Source: a virus
Lineage: Duplodnaviria; Caudoviricetes
DNA length: 64,000 nucleotides
Direction: 5' to 3' (one strand)
IMG/VR virus record: IMGVR_UViG_3300025306_000003
Coordinates: 569-64,568 of that record
Shown here: piece by piece, positions 36,564 to 45,749 of the stretch
Layout of the letters: each line of letters opens with the position of its first letter
How positions within the stretch are numbered: the stretch's first letter is position 1
Notes under the pieces: generated by a model
The model's input: the letters and a program-made list of their open reading frames with translations, nothing else
What the model was told of the DNA's origin: nothing
The model's database searches: none
Made by a program: the position numbers and the translations under genes

Positions 36564-38503
36564 CTAAAAGGAGAATCCAATACAGTCCTTAATAATATCA
36601 CGTTGCATCTTGAGAAGTTGCGCCTGAATATCTTCGATCTTGCGATCTTTACGAAGCTTGCCAGCGTCCGCAATGAGCTTTTTCAGCTTCTCATTGCTTT
36701 CTATCCCCACGTCGGACTTTTTCGAGTCCATCGCGTTTTTATGGACCTCGGAAGCTTTGTCCAAAATATCCAGTGCGAGTTGAATGTCGGGCGAGACCAT
36801 CTGCAAGATGATTCTGGACGAAACCTTGATGTCGGCAGGTTTCTCCCACAACACGTGCTGCAGAATCGAGAACTCCTCAGCAGTCACTTGATCCTTGCCA
36901 TTCAAGAACGCTTCCGCCTGCAGGACTTTCTTACTCTCACGCCAACGCCTAGGCGAAAACGTCAAACCTTCAGTTTTCAGCTTGCCACGAAGATCTCGGC
37001 ACAAAGACGGCACCTGAGAAGCGTCTACAGCATCGACTGCGACCCAAGCTTTTTCCAAGTCTTTCATTGGAATCATGCCAGGACAACCCTGGATCCTCAC
37101 TGTGGTCATCATCTTTTCGAAGTTCGAATCGTCGATGATGTCACCTACCGGATACCTGAGAATCAGCCTATCGTACAACGCGGCCAACTCCTGAGACTCT
37201 GGCAGTTCATTCGACGCCGCGAACATAGACACCAACGGGGTCTGCAAAATTTCATCGCCGTTGAAAAAGAGTCGCCGCTCGTCCAACAACGCCAATAACG
37301 AATTGAGTAAAGAACCTGTGGCTTTGAAACCTTTGTGTTAGCTTACGTTCGCACGTAAGAGCAGACTATATCTTCATCTTGATTCTGGCTTTCTCTTGCC
37401 AACGGATACGGGCACAACATCGTACACATCGCCCATGACTTTCGTGCCTACGCTCTGTCGTGTTGCAAATAATACAAGCATCATAATGAAACGCCCACCG
37501 ACCCGCATACTTACTTTTCAAAGCAGCACACAATTCCTGTCGATGACGCAACAAATGACACCCACGACAAAACCCCATCAACCTCTCAGGCGAATGTCCA
37601 GGAGTCAAACCCAAAGATTCGTAAGATCTCCCATCGCCATCCAGATGATGCACTACGGTAGCTTTCGCACCACAGTCAAAACATCTGCCCCAAGTCTTTT
37701 TGAAAATCTCAACTCGCAAAATTCCAAAATGCCGAAGTTCACGTTTGAGCTTTTCCTTTCGCCTGAAAGCCTTATCTAATCGCAGTACGGCATAACACTC
37801 CCGCGACCTTTCAATCAGGTGTTGACGGTGCTTCTGATAATACTTTTTGTAATAGTCGGGATCAGATGGTTTTCCGCCCATAGCGTTCTCCTTATGCTTT
37901 GAATAGCATAACAGAAAACACTAAGGATTTCAAGAGCAAGGCGTGTAGTCGTTGAGGGGCCAATCACGGCTTCCCTGCGGATTTTCTGCACCCAAACATT
38001 TTTACCGACATCCGGTGATAAGCCTCGGTAGTTTAGGATACTCAGACGTTCCCGCATACAGCCCTGTTACGTATCGCAAGTCACCCTGCGAGTGAGTCCG
38101 TAAAGTCAAACTCATCCAAGAACGCAAAATGCACAGAGGGGAACATGCCATCAATATTCCGACGATAGACATCCTTCTTGAGACCGGACAAGCGGATGGG
38201 ACCAAAGAGATCTTCGGGTTTGGTGAACTTGTTCACAAGGTGCTCGAAGTACGCAGAGTCCGCGAACGTCTCACAGACCTTTTCAACCAACAGGGATTTG
38301 GTCACGCCCTTCGGGCCAATCTGAAAGTGGTGCTTCTGTGCCAGCACCGCAACCATCGCGCCGTGCAGGACTTCGGTGCGCTCCACAAACTGATCATCCA
38401 AAGCACTCACAGCAGCATTGAAATGCGTGTACAGTTTGCCATTACCATTCGAAGACACATTGCGGACCTTGCGGACATGAGAGGAACTTTTTTTGCCTAT
38501 CAT
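36564..38503 (-). CDS. MoxR/RavA-like AAA+ ATPase, spliced (exon 1 38503-38109, exon 2 37329-36564; ~386 aa)
   Basis: GPKGVTKS Walker A, EDLFGP, FLDE|(F)FKA...LLN.LL..LDER, ASNELP, ALYDR, SPRRW. Confidence 0.88.
37330..38108 (-). ncRNA. Group I intron (~779 nt) in the MoxR gene
   Basis: Minus strand: P UGCGGGAA, Q AAUCCGCAG, R CUCAACGACUA, S AAGAUAUAGUC; P9 CUUACGU-GCGA-ACGUAAG; terminal G; P1 UGAGUU/GACUCA with a U.G pair at the splice site; splicing restores the frame. Confidence 0.9.
37366..37881 (-). CDS. Intron-encoded HNH homing endonuclease
   Basis: CFDC...VHHLDG...CRGCH plus a C-terminal Cys finger; lies between the R and S elements. Confidence 0.82.
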   Translation of the reverse strand: MGGKPSDPDYYKKYYQKHRQHLIERSRECYAVLRLDKAFRRKEKLKRELRHFGILRVEIFKKTWGRCFDCGAKATVVHHLDGDGRSYESLGLTPGHSPERLMGFCRGCHLLRHRQELCAALKSKYAGRWAFHYDACIICNTTERRHESHGRCVRCCARIRWQEKARIKMKI

Positions 38504-38639
38504 ATACTCTCCTAAGTTTAGGTTAAATGTTTCCAAGTCTTTTCTGGAGAGAGGTTCACGAAACCCCTTGAGTAAGGCACTCTAGGGTGTCGCCTTATTT
38601 AAGCGCCAAGCGCTGATTCGCGAACCTCTCACAACTCAA

Positions 38640-39062
38640 TTACTGAACTCTGCTGCTTGCGGGTTTCGCCTGAGTAAGATCTTTCTTTGAGACCTTCCGA
38701 CGGGATTTCTCAACAGTGACCCTATTACCCAAAGTCTCGAACACAAAAGAGGCATGCTTCACAAGCGCCTGTTCGACCAACTCATCCAAATTAGTCTCGT
38801 ACCCATTCTGGGACATCGACCGCAGTGCATCTTGCATAAGCAACGCCCCACAAGACGCCAAGCACAGAGTGTACATGATACCGTCCATAAACTTCCGATC
38901 ACTATCGGAGAGAGGCTGCAACGCTTCCTTACACGCATCCGCCAAGTTCGACAACTGCTGCCTATCGGCACCGTTAAGATGCGGAATAAGCAACAACATA
39001 ATATCATCCAGCTTCATACTACCTCCCCCGCAGCTTTGGGTTGACCTTCGTATAACCGCCAT
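38640..39062 (-). CDS. Hypothetical early protein (probable start at MKLDD)
   Basis: GGAGGT RBS. Confidence 0.55.
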   Translation of the reverse strand: MAVIRRSTQSCGGGSMKLDDIMLLLIPHLNGADRQQLSNLADACKEALQPLSDSDRKFMDGIMYTLCLASCGALLMQDALRSMSQNGYETNLDELVEQALVKHASFVFETLGNRVTVEKSRRKVSKKDLTQAKPASSRVQ

Positions 39063-39528
39063 CGTAGCACTCGCCTTCGAGAATCTCCACCAAGTCTTTC
39101 AAACTGGTTTGCACGTTCTCGATTTGATCCAGAACATCTTCGACCGTTTGCTCTTCGTTGCGATAGCCCAAGATGGTATTGAGCGTTCTGCTAAGACAGG
39201 ACACCGTAGCACTCAACGTGGTTTCTTCACTAGACGAAGCCCACGTGCTCCCGTCAGGGTAGACGGCCGCTGAAGTTTTCCTCCTGCTGATGCCAGGCTT
39301 TTTGGCTTTGATAAAGTTCTTTTTCGAAGCGGTAGCACCTTTTTTGACAACCGCTTTTTTGATTGGGTGTCTTTTGACGAGCATGATTTGATCTCCTTTT
39401 TGAAGAGAAGTTTGTAACCGAAGTTTCTGACTGCCCATGCGGTCAGCATGGACTTGCTTTCCTGAATGATGATATCGTTGACCATCGTGGAACGATTCCC
39501 CTTTCCCCGTTTGAGATTCTCGGGCCAA
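39019..39528 (-). CDS. Hypothetical protein with a basic N-terminus (probable start at MLVKR, ~39384)
   Basis: AAGGAG RBS. Confidence 0.55.
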   Translation of the reverse strand: MARESQTGKGESFHDGQRYHHSGKQVHADRMGSQKLRLQTSLQKGDQIMLVKRHPIKKAVVKKGATASKKNFIKAKKPGISRRKTSAAVYPDGSTWASSSEETTLSATVSCLSRTLNTILGYRNEEQTVEDVLDQIENVQTSLKDLVEILEGECYDGGYTKVNPKLRGR

Positions 39529-39725
39529 GAGTCTATGACGCGAGAGTTATCCTGCCAGTTACCCCCAAGGTGATTGGTTGCCGCAAAAGCCTCTTCGATG
39601 GTCTCAGCCTTAACCTCAGCAACCAACACATACGGCACCCAGGGATCAAAATTCTGCTCCAAAAACCTGAAGTCTTTTACAAGCTTCTGGTGAAGCACTA
39701 ACCAAATTGCCATACCAACCTCCAA
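39213..39725 (-). CDS. Hypothetical early protein
   Basis: IEEAF..TN...W...RSTMVNDII motif; GGAGG RBS. Confidence 0.55.
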   Translation of the reverse strand: MEVGMAIWLVLHQKLVKDFRFLEQNFDPWVPYVLVAEVKAETIEEAFAATNHLGGNWQDNSRVIDSWPENLKRGKGNRSTMVNDIIIQESKSMLTAWAVRNFGYKLLFKKEIKSCSSKDTQSKKRLSKKVLPLRKRTLSKPKSLASAGGKLQRPSTLTGARGLRLVKKPR

Positions 39726-39777
39726 GTCTTCTGTGGCCCCCTCGTCGTGAGGGGGCCGATGGATTGAATTGAAACCT

Positions 39778-40212
39778 CTAGGACTCCAACTCTTTCGAAG
39801 CGTCCACGAGGTAGAGGCGAACGCGGTTGCGAACGTCGCTCGCCAGCTTCAAACTGGCAGTGCCATCCTCAACTGCCTTGTCCCACGATCCCAACAGGGG
39901 CTCAACCTTACGGACAACGACTGACCACGCGCTGTTGATCATATCGTCGATGGCGTTGATCATGGCGCGGTCGGTCGGGGTGAGTTCCTTCACCGCCGAA
40001 GTCTCGGGAGCCTTGGGGCGACGCACCGGAGCCTCGATAACGGCCTCGACAACCTGCTTCCCAGGCTTGGTGCGCTTGATCGCAGGGTTGATCGCGGGAG
40101 CGGGAGAAGCCTTCACAACTGCCTTCGCCTTCACCGAAGTCTTCACAACGGCCTTGTTCGTTGCCTTGTTGATCTTGCCGATTACATGCGCTACGCTATT
40201 GCTGATTTTCAT
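39778..40212 (-). CDS. Lys/Ala/Pro-rich early protein
   Basis: Low-complexity basic N-terminus; strongly biased codon usage. Confidence 0.65.
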   Translation of the reverse strand: MKISNSVAHVIGKINKATNKAVVKTSVKAKAVVKASPAPAINPAIKRTKPGKQVVEAVIEAPVRRPKAPETSAVKELTPTDRAMINAIDDMINSAWSVVVRKVEPLLGSWDKAVEDGTASLKLASDVRNRVRLYLVDASKELES

Positions 40213-40653
40213 ATGTTCCCCTTTTCTTCTTTTTGAAAGTGAGTTGAACTACCGCTCTTCGAAGCGGTCCATTCGCCTATCGTCTTCGCGATAAGCGGAT
40301 GAAACGCTTGGGGCGCGACCTCTCAGCCGCGCCCCTCTTACTTACCGCATTAGTATTTCCCTGAGTCTCTTTGCATCTTGTCAAGATGGTCTCAATTCGA
40401 GACTCGCGCCTTTTCGCGGCGCACGGGCATAGACAATATCCTCCAAGTATTTTCAATCGTCACACGTAACCATTCGAGCCATCATAACCCCAACCCTAAT
40501 TCCCCGACACCTCTTTTTGGACGGGGACTTCGTGAATCGCAATCACATAGCATCGCGCACAGAGTTGAACCAACATACCCCGAAGCAGTTTCGGGAATTT
40601 GACCTCTACCTTGTTGCATCTCCTGCAAAGTCTTTTCAATCGCATAAAAACCC

Positions 40654-40929
40654 CTAAGACAAACAATTGTGTTTGTGATAAAACTTCCGACCCCGCTGTT
40701 CGACGTTCTCGTCGTCTGGATCAATTGCCTGAAAGCACCATTCGCACCGAAGCAACAAGTGCCCCCGCAATACGGGGAGCTTCTTGCCTCGGAGATTCTT
40801 GCGAATCCTCGCAATGACCATCATGCCTTCTTCCCGCGTCAAACCATCCTTCTTCATCAAAGCCTTCAGATGATCACCCCAACCTTCTGCAATAAATCTA
40901 CGCTCTGCAATCGACATAAAGTTCTCCAA
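40654..40929 (-). CDS. Hypothetical zinc-finger protein
   Basis: CEWC...YHKHNC. Confidence 0.5.
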   Translation of the reverse strand: MENFMSIAERRFIAEGWGDHLKALMKKDGLTREEGMMVIARIRKNLRGKKLPVLRGHLLLRCEWCFQAIDPDDENVEQRGRKFYHKHNCLS

Positions 40930-40982
40930 GTCTTTCTTACGTTATGGGGGCGAGACCACCCCGCCCCCAAGGCCGTTACCAA

Positions 40983-41255
40983 CTACGCCATCAACTTCTT
41001 CCCAAGCTGCTTCTTGAACTTAGGCCAACTGGTTGCGATCAGGTCCATCACGTCGGGGCCGATCCGCTTCATGGGCCAAGTGCGAACGGAACCGAACGCA
41101 TCGGGGGAACTCTTCCCCATGACCGCGATCTTGGGTTTGCCTCCGTCATAGGACATCAGCGCGAGTACCACTTCGTAGTCCTCGATGTTGCCGACCGTAA
41201 TGGTCGCGATCACTTTGTCTTTTGAAGCATCAAAAGCATTTGCGAATCTTGCCAT
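40983..41255 (-). CDS. PC4/YdbC-like putative ssDNA-binding protein; first gene after the long leader
   Basis: Start MARF after a GAGGTG RBS; FDASKDKVI...SYDGGKPKI...KRI. Confidence 0.55.
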   Translation of the reverse strand: MARFANAFDASKDKVIATITVGNIEDYEVVLALMSYDGGKPKIAVMGKSSPDAFGSVRTWPMKRIGPDVMDLIATSWPKFKKQLGKKLMA

Positions 41256-42184
41256 ACTATTCACCTCTTCTTTTTGGATGATGGTTGAAAATCCGAGTCT
41301 TTTACCAGACCGTACCAACATGGTGCAGCCATTTCGGGGCTCACGTGCGTCACCGTCGTGGAAGCCCCGTACATCGCCGCTCATATCGTCTGTTTGGATT
41401 GTGTCCTAAAGGTAGGTTTTTTGATTTGAGTGAGGTTTATCCTATGGACCCTCACTGACATTCGTTTCTGTGCCATCGCGCACAATGAGCAATGTTGAAC
41501 TCATGCAGATTCTACTTGGTTGCCTTCAAGGGAGATATTCACTGAGATCAACGTGTGACGCCTAGCGGCCAATCCACGTCTCTCATCTCACTGCGCCAAT
41601 CCTTTCCCTAACACCCTTCAAGCTTGTTCGTCCTCGCCGGACTTCCACCTGTCGGAGTTTCGCTCACGGGATTTAGCGTCTCAAGGTCTTTCGTATCGGA
41701 GTACTGCGACCCCTGCCGTGTTTGTTTCAACACGGACTTTCCTCACTATCGCTGAGTCACGCCAAGTCTTTTTTCCGATCCCTCGCGGGCATCTCGCCCA
41801 CTTGATCGATTAGACTCTGCGCTAACCTGCTACCCGATTTGCTATGTCGGGAAAAATGTTTGTACGGGTTCTCAGGACTTCTCGTGGCATCTCAAGGATG
41901 CTATCCTTGCCCTCTTGTCAGACTCACCGTCCAGAAGTGGCAATCAGAACCAAGCGCCCAAGTCTTTTTCGTTGCGGCCTCGCCAATCGCCCTAGTCCCA
42001 AAACATCCCTTGTCGGCGTCATCCATGCGGGTCCACCGCTCTGGACTTTTTGGTTTCGAAAGAGGTGAATGTTCGACCCCTTTCAAGGGTTGTGGGCTCG
42101 TCCCAGCGGGCTCTCACTCCCACATCCCTCCCACTTGAATCAGATTCAAGCTCCATTTCGAGCGTACACTCTAGTGGAAGTGTA

Positions 42185-42219
42185 ATAGTAACATACCGTA
42201 TGTCTATAGTCAACTAAAA
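42185..42219 (-). promoter_or_regulatory. Strong sigma70-type early promoter
   Basis: TTGACT(42213-42208)-17-TACTAT(42190-42185) with extended TG, AT-rich upstream sequence, and palindrome ACATAC-C-GTATGT in the spacer. Confidence 0.8.
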
Positions 42220-42484
42220 AGATGAAATAAAATGAGCTTGCTACTATAAGAGTAGTAATAAGACATTTCACACAGCGAAACGCTAAGAATGAAATCACGT
42301 TTCACACAGTAAAACGCAGATCTCCAAGTCTTTTTACTTCGAAATCACGTCCCACAATCGGAGCACTGAGCGTCTTCCGAACCAGAGCAAGCTTCGCAGT
42401 ACATCTTGCCGCAGTCCTCGCACCCACACAGTTCATCGGGATTTACAAACTCCCCGCACACATCACAGAGACCTTCGGTCTGAC

Positions 42485-42934
42485 TCATGCACACCTCTTT
42501 TTGACTGACTTGATTGTAAGTGTAACCTCGCCAGGATCGGTCGAGTAAATGATCTTACCAAATCGCTCCACGCTGCCTAAGCGCCTCGGAAGCACGGTGT
42601 GGTGCAGCATACCGGAGGCGACAGGGATCTTGACGTACAAGATCACCCTCAGACCCTCTTCGTCAAACAACCCTGCAATCAACACCTTGGTATTTTTGGG
42701 GACCGAGTTGGTATGCAACTGCCACGCGGGATACCTATAAACACGGTCGCTTGTGGTCATACCTATAGATCCCAGGTTCATGGTGCGCACCACAACAAGC
42801 TCACCAGCACTATCTCGATAGCACCTACTTCGATTGGTCGGTCCCATTGTGTGCCTCAAGGGATAACCCAAATCCGAAAGGACTTTCAACACGATATCCT
42901 CCCGGTCGTTCAGACTCCAAATCTTGTTCTTCAT
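42485..42934 (-). CDS. Hypothetical protein
   Basis: ATGA overlap with the primase. Confidence 0.55.
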   Translation of the reverse strand: MKNKIWSLNDREDIVLKVLSDLGYPLRHTMGPTNRSRCYRDSAGELVVVRTMNLGSIGMTTSDRVYRYPAWQLHTNSVPKNTKVLIAGLFDEEGLRVILYVKIPVASGMLHHTVLPRRLGSVERFGKIIYSTDPGEVTLTIKSVKKRCA

Positions 42935-43914
42935 AAGAAAGCTCCTAACCCATAATTCACATTACGCAACGCTTGTGCCACAACGTGGTCGATCTCACAT
43001 TGCTCAGCCTCACCTGGATCCTTCGCTTGCACGAACGTCACGGAGATATGCATAAATGCCGACAACGCTCTTGCCATCTCAGCAGCGAACTTCGCAGCAT
43101 CGCGGTCCAGCATTATCACGGCCCTACCCCAGGTGCGAGTGATCAATAACTTTTGACGCTCGGATAAACGATTCCCAAATAATGCAACTGCGCTATCTGG
43201 AAGTCTCATTGCATCGTACGGCCCCTCGGTGAGCACCACATATGAACTGCTCTTGGCATTGTCGAAGTTGTACAAATAATCCGCAGCTTTGAATCCCGGC
43301 GGAAACTTGTACTTAGGCTTTTCGTCTGGAGAAATTGCTCTCGCAGTGAACCCCACCATCACGCCCTCATGTTCGACGGGAAGAACCACTCTCTGTGCAT
43401 AGTCGCCCAAGACGCAAAATCCCAGTTTGTACTTCTCGATCAGATCCTGACCGACGCCACGCTTGTATAGATAACGAAGTGCTGCGGCATGTCTGGGTCT
43501 CGTACCGCTCAAAGGCTTGCACTCTTTGGGTACGGGGAAGGCTTGCGCCACAACCTTCCCTGAGATCGGAGCGGTCAAAGGGGGGAACGTCCCTTGACGG
43601 CCTCGCTTGAGCCCGATCAATACGTGAGCATCTTTCCAAGGCAACCCAAGCTCATGAAGCAATTCCAACACCGAACCGCTGCTGTCACACCGAAAACAAT
43701 GGAATGCTTGAAAATTCTCTTTCAGAGAAATCCCCATATGAAACTTCGTATCGGGAGACTTCCCATGATTCTCACATAGGGGACAACAAGCTCGATAAGC
43801 ATCGCCCCTATCACGCTTCACCCTCAAATGAGATTCCAACCATTCCAACAGCATCGCGGCCTCGCACACAAAACAGCAGGAGGGCTCCCGAATATCGATT
43901 CGGGATTTAGGCAC
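42931..43914 (-). CDS. DnaG-type DNA primase
   Basis: CPLC...HCFRC zinc ribbon, YL..RG, GF.AR, PKY, TEGPYD, DRD toprim. Confidence 0.92.
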   Translation of the reverse strand: MPKSRIDIREPSCCFVCEAAMLLEWLESHLRVKRDRGDAYRACCPLCENHGKSPDTKFHMGISLKENFQAFHCFRCDSSGSVLELLHELGLPWKDAHVLIGLKRGRQGTFPPLTAPISGKVVAQAFPVPKECKPLSGTRPRHAAALRYLYKRGVGQDLIEKYKLGFCVLGDYAQRVVLPVEHEGVMVGFTARAISPDEKPKYKFPPGFKAADYLYNFDNAKSSSYVVLTEGPYDAMRLPDSAVALFGNRLSERQKLLITRTWGRAVIMLDRDAAKFAAEMARALSAFMHISVTFVQAKDPGEAEQCEIDHVVAQALRNVNYGLGAFL

Positions 43915-43961
43915 TCGGCCAACCCTCCATACTGTTCAGCAATTTCCCAGCTCAAAGTACT

Positions 43962-43991
43962 ATTATACTAAAGTAAGATTTCCAATAGCAA
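43962..43991 (-). promoter_or_regulatory. sigma70-type promoter upstream of the primase
   Basis: TTGCTA-18-TATAAT. Confidence 0.55.
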
Positions 43992-44004
43992 GAGAATAAT
44001 GAAA

Positions 44005-44310
44005 TTAAAAAGGAAGTTCCTCAAGAGGTTCCAACTCCCCAGGCCGAGGTCTTGGAAGCGTCTTGGCATTGCAAGACTTACACAAAAGCTCCAAGTTGCC
44101 TTCCGCAAAATCCCGCTCATAGTGATTCATTCGCAAGTATGGATTCATCGACCGCGCAATCCAATCCCGCCCATAAGGGTGGTGAAACTCCAATTTCTCA
44201 ACCTGCCCGCATTGCTGGCAGGCACCCCCCATCTTTTTAAGCAATGCATCTCTGCGCCGTTTACGCGCAATCTTCAACCATACATTATTACGTTCAGTCT
44301 TTGTCATCAC
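44005..44310 (-). CDS. Small HNH endonuclease
   Basis: GGACQQCG...LEFHH...NLELLCKSCN. Confidence 0.82.
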   Translation of the reverse strand: MMTKTERNNVWLKIARKRRRDALLKKMGGACQQCGQVEKLEFHHPYGRDWIARSMNPYLRMNHYERDFAEGNLELLCKSCNAKTLPRPRPGELEPLEELPF

Positions 44311-45749
44311 AGCACCCGAGTTCTTGCATTGGAGCGTCTACGTGTGGCAGTCGTTCCTGCTTTCAATTCCTGCTCAGCGTTGTAACCTTTGATCTCATCT
44401 CCAAGAACCATAGTAGCCGAGCTGGAATAAAAGATTCCGTGTGTGAAATCACATGCGAAACTCACATCGTATTTATCTCCGCGACCTCTGTGCTTGGTTA
44501 CAAACAATCGGACCACACGTTCGTTGTGCAGCACGTCTTTCTCTTCCCACTGTCGATTCTTAGTATCGAAGATAATATTGCGGTTGAAACCTATAAAAAT
44601 ATCCGAGACACGAACCTTCTCATAACTGTCACCTACTTCCAATTCGGTAATACGTTTGACACCGACACCGGATCTCGCTGATTGAGTAGCGACCCAAATT
44701 GCTATGTTCTCCTCCACAGCAAACGCTTTCAATGCACGCCACACCATCCCCTGCTCTTCGTATCTGTTCTTTCCATTCGTTGCCAACAGATCGCCATAGT
44801 CAATAATTACGAGACTGGGTTTCCCATCTCTTGCAGCACGATTCCGAAAGTCCTGGCGAAGCGCCTCTACTTTTGAGCGCTTTGCAGTTTCACCGTAACC
44901 AAATGCAAGGTACACCACCTGCAGTGCCCCACCATGCTGCTGAAATGTCCGCACACGCTTTGCCAACTTTCTCGCGATTGCAGAATTCGAAAGCTCTTCC
45001 TCAGTCGCGCCGATGAACATCTGATCGTAACGTGTGATGATTTCATCCCTGGACATTTCCAACGTGTAATGAAAAACGGACATCCCCTGTGCAAGTGCGG
45101 CCTTGCCGAGATGTACTAGAAAAAATGACTTCCCCACTCCCGAGGGAGACATGATAGTTCCTACTTGACCAAGCTTGATTCCTTTCATCTTTGCATCCAA
45201 AGGATGTATAAGTGTAGCTATCGGAGGGGCTTCTTCCTCTGCCATTCGAGCTACGCTTCTGTGCCACGTCTCCGCAAGTACGTCGGGCACTCCTTCTTCA
45301 GCTTCCTGCTTTTGACTCTGGATGCGCATAAGAGGCGCAGTCAGTTCCGACAGATCATATTCACCGGAGGAAAACTTCGGTAGAAAATCCTCCAGCACTT
45401 GACGCATCTCGGAATGCTGAATGAATTTGTTCACCTCTTCGATGACATAGGATTCGTCCCCGAGTTCTGAGGGGGCCAGTTCGTCGATGAGATCAAGAAT
45501 CAACATTTGACCTTCATCAGAAACCTTCGTGCGCTTTGCGTACTTGAGAACCTCATTCGAAATGTTGTCCCCAGGCGCTACCGCAAACTTATCAAAGTAT
45601 GCGTATGCTAAGGAACACACCGTCCACTGTTCCTTCGATGGAAAATGTTCGGGCTGTAATCTCTCGCGCATGGTGTTCAAAAACTCAGTGGAATAAACCA
45701 CCATTGCGAGCACTTTCGTTTGCATGGATTGTGTAAGGTCTAGTTTCAC
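44307..45749 (-). CDS. DnaB-like (SF4) replicative helicase
   Basis: SPSGVGKS, TLEM, IIDYGDL, ATQ, K.R. Confidence 0.9.
   Translation of the reverse strand: MKLDLTQSMQTKVLAMVVYSTEFLNTMRERLQPEHFPSKEQWTVCSLAYAYFDKFAVAPGDNISNEVLKYAKRTKVSDEGQMLILDLIDELAPSELGDESYVIEEVNKFIQHSEMRQVLEDFLPKFSSGEYDLSELTAPLMRIQSQKQEAEEGVPDVLAETWHRSVARMAEEEAPPIATLIHPLDAKMKGIKLGQVGTIMSPSGVGKSFFLVHLGKAALAQGMSVFHYTLEMSRDEIITRYDQMFIGATEEELSNSAIARKLAKRVRTFQQHGGALQVVYLAFGYGETAKRSKVEALRQDFRNRAARDGKPSLVIIDYGDLLATNGKNRYEEQGMVWRALKAFAVEENIAIWVATQSARSGVGVKRITELEVGDSYEKVRVSDIFIGFNRNIIFDTKNRQWEEKDVLHNERVVRLFVTKHRGRGDKYDVSFACDFTHGIFYSSSATMVLGDEIKGYNAEQELKAGTTATRRRSNARTRVL

Larger units (their letters stand above)
1784..42333 (-). repeat. 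Dispersed polar motif (A/G)AAGACTTGG, at least 17 copies
   Basis: Plus-strand CCAAGTCTTT at 1784, 23648, 31836, 35252, 36047, 37055, 37690, 38533, 39090, 40926, 41762, 41958, 42324; CCAAGTCTTC at 28073, 29107, 29306, 39722. Counted by eye. Confidence 0.85.

Noticed and set aside
36564-38536. MoxR gene as a pseudogene or two separate ORFs
   Set aside because: Explained by a group I intron whose removal restores the reading frame.
41733-41743. GAGGAAAGUCC on the minus strand, resembling RNase P RNA conserved region I
   Set aside because: No matching 3' P4 partner (ACAGAA.CCGGCUUA-like) was found, so it is not called RNase P.
23648-42333. CCAAGTCTT repeats as a degenerate CRISPR array
   Set aside because: Too short, irregularly spaced, and often inside coding sequence.
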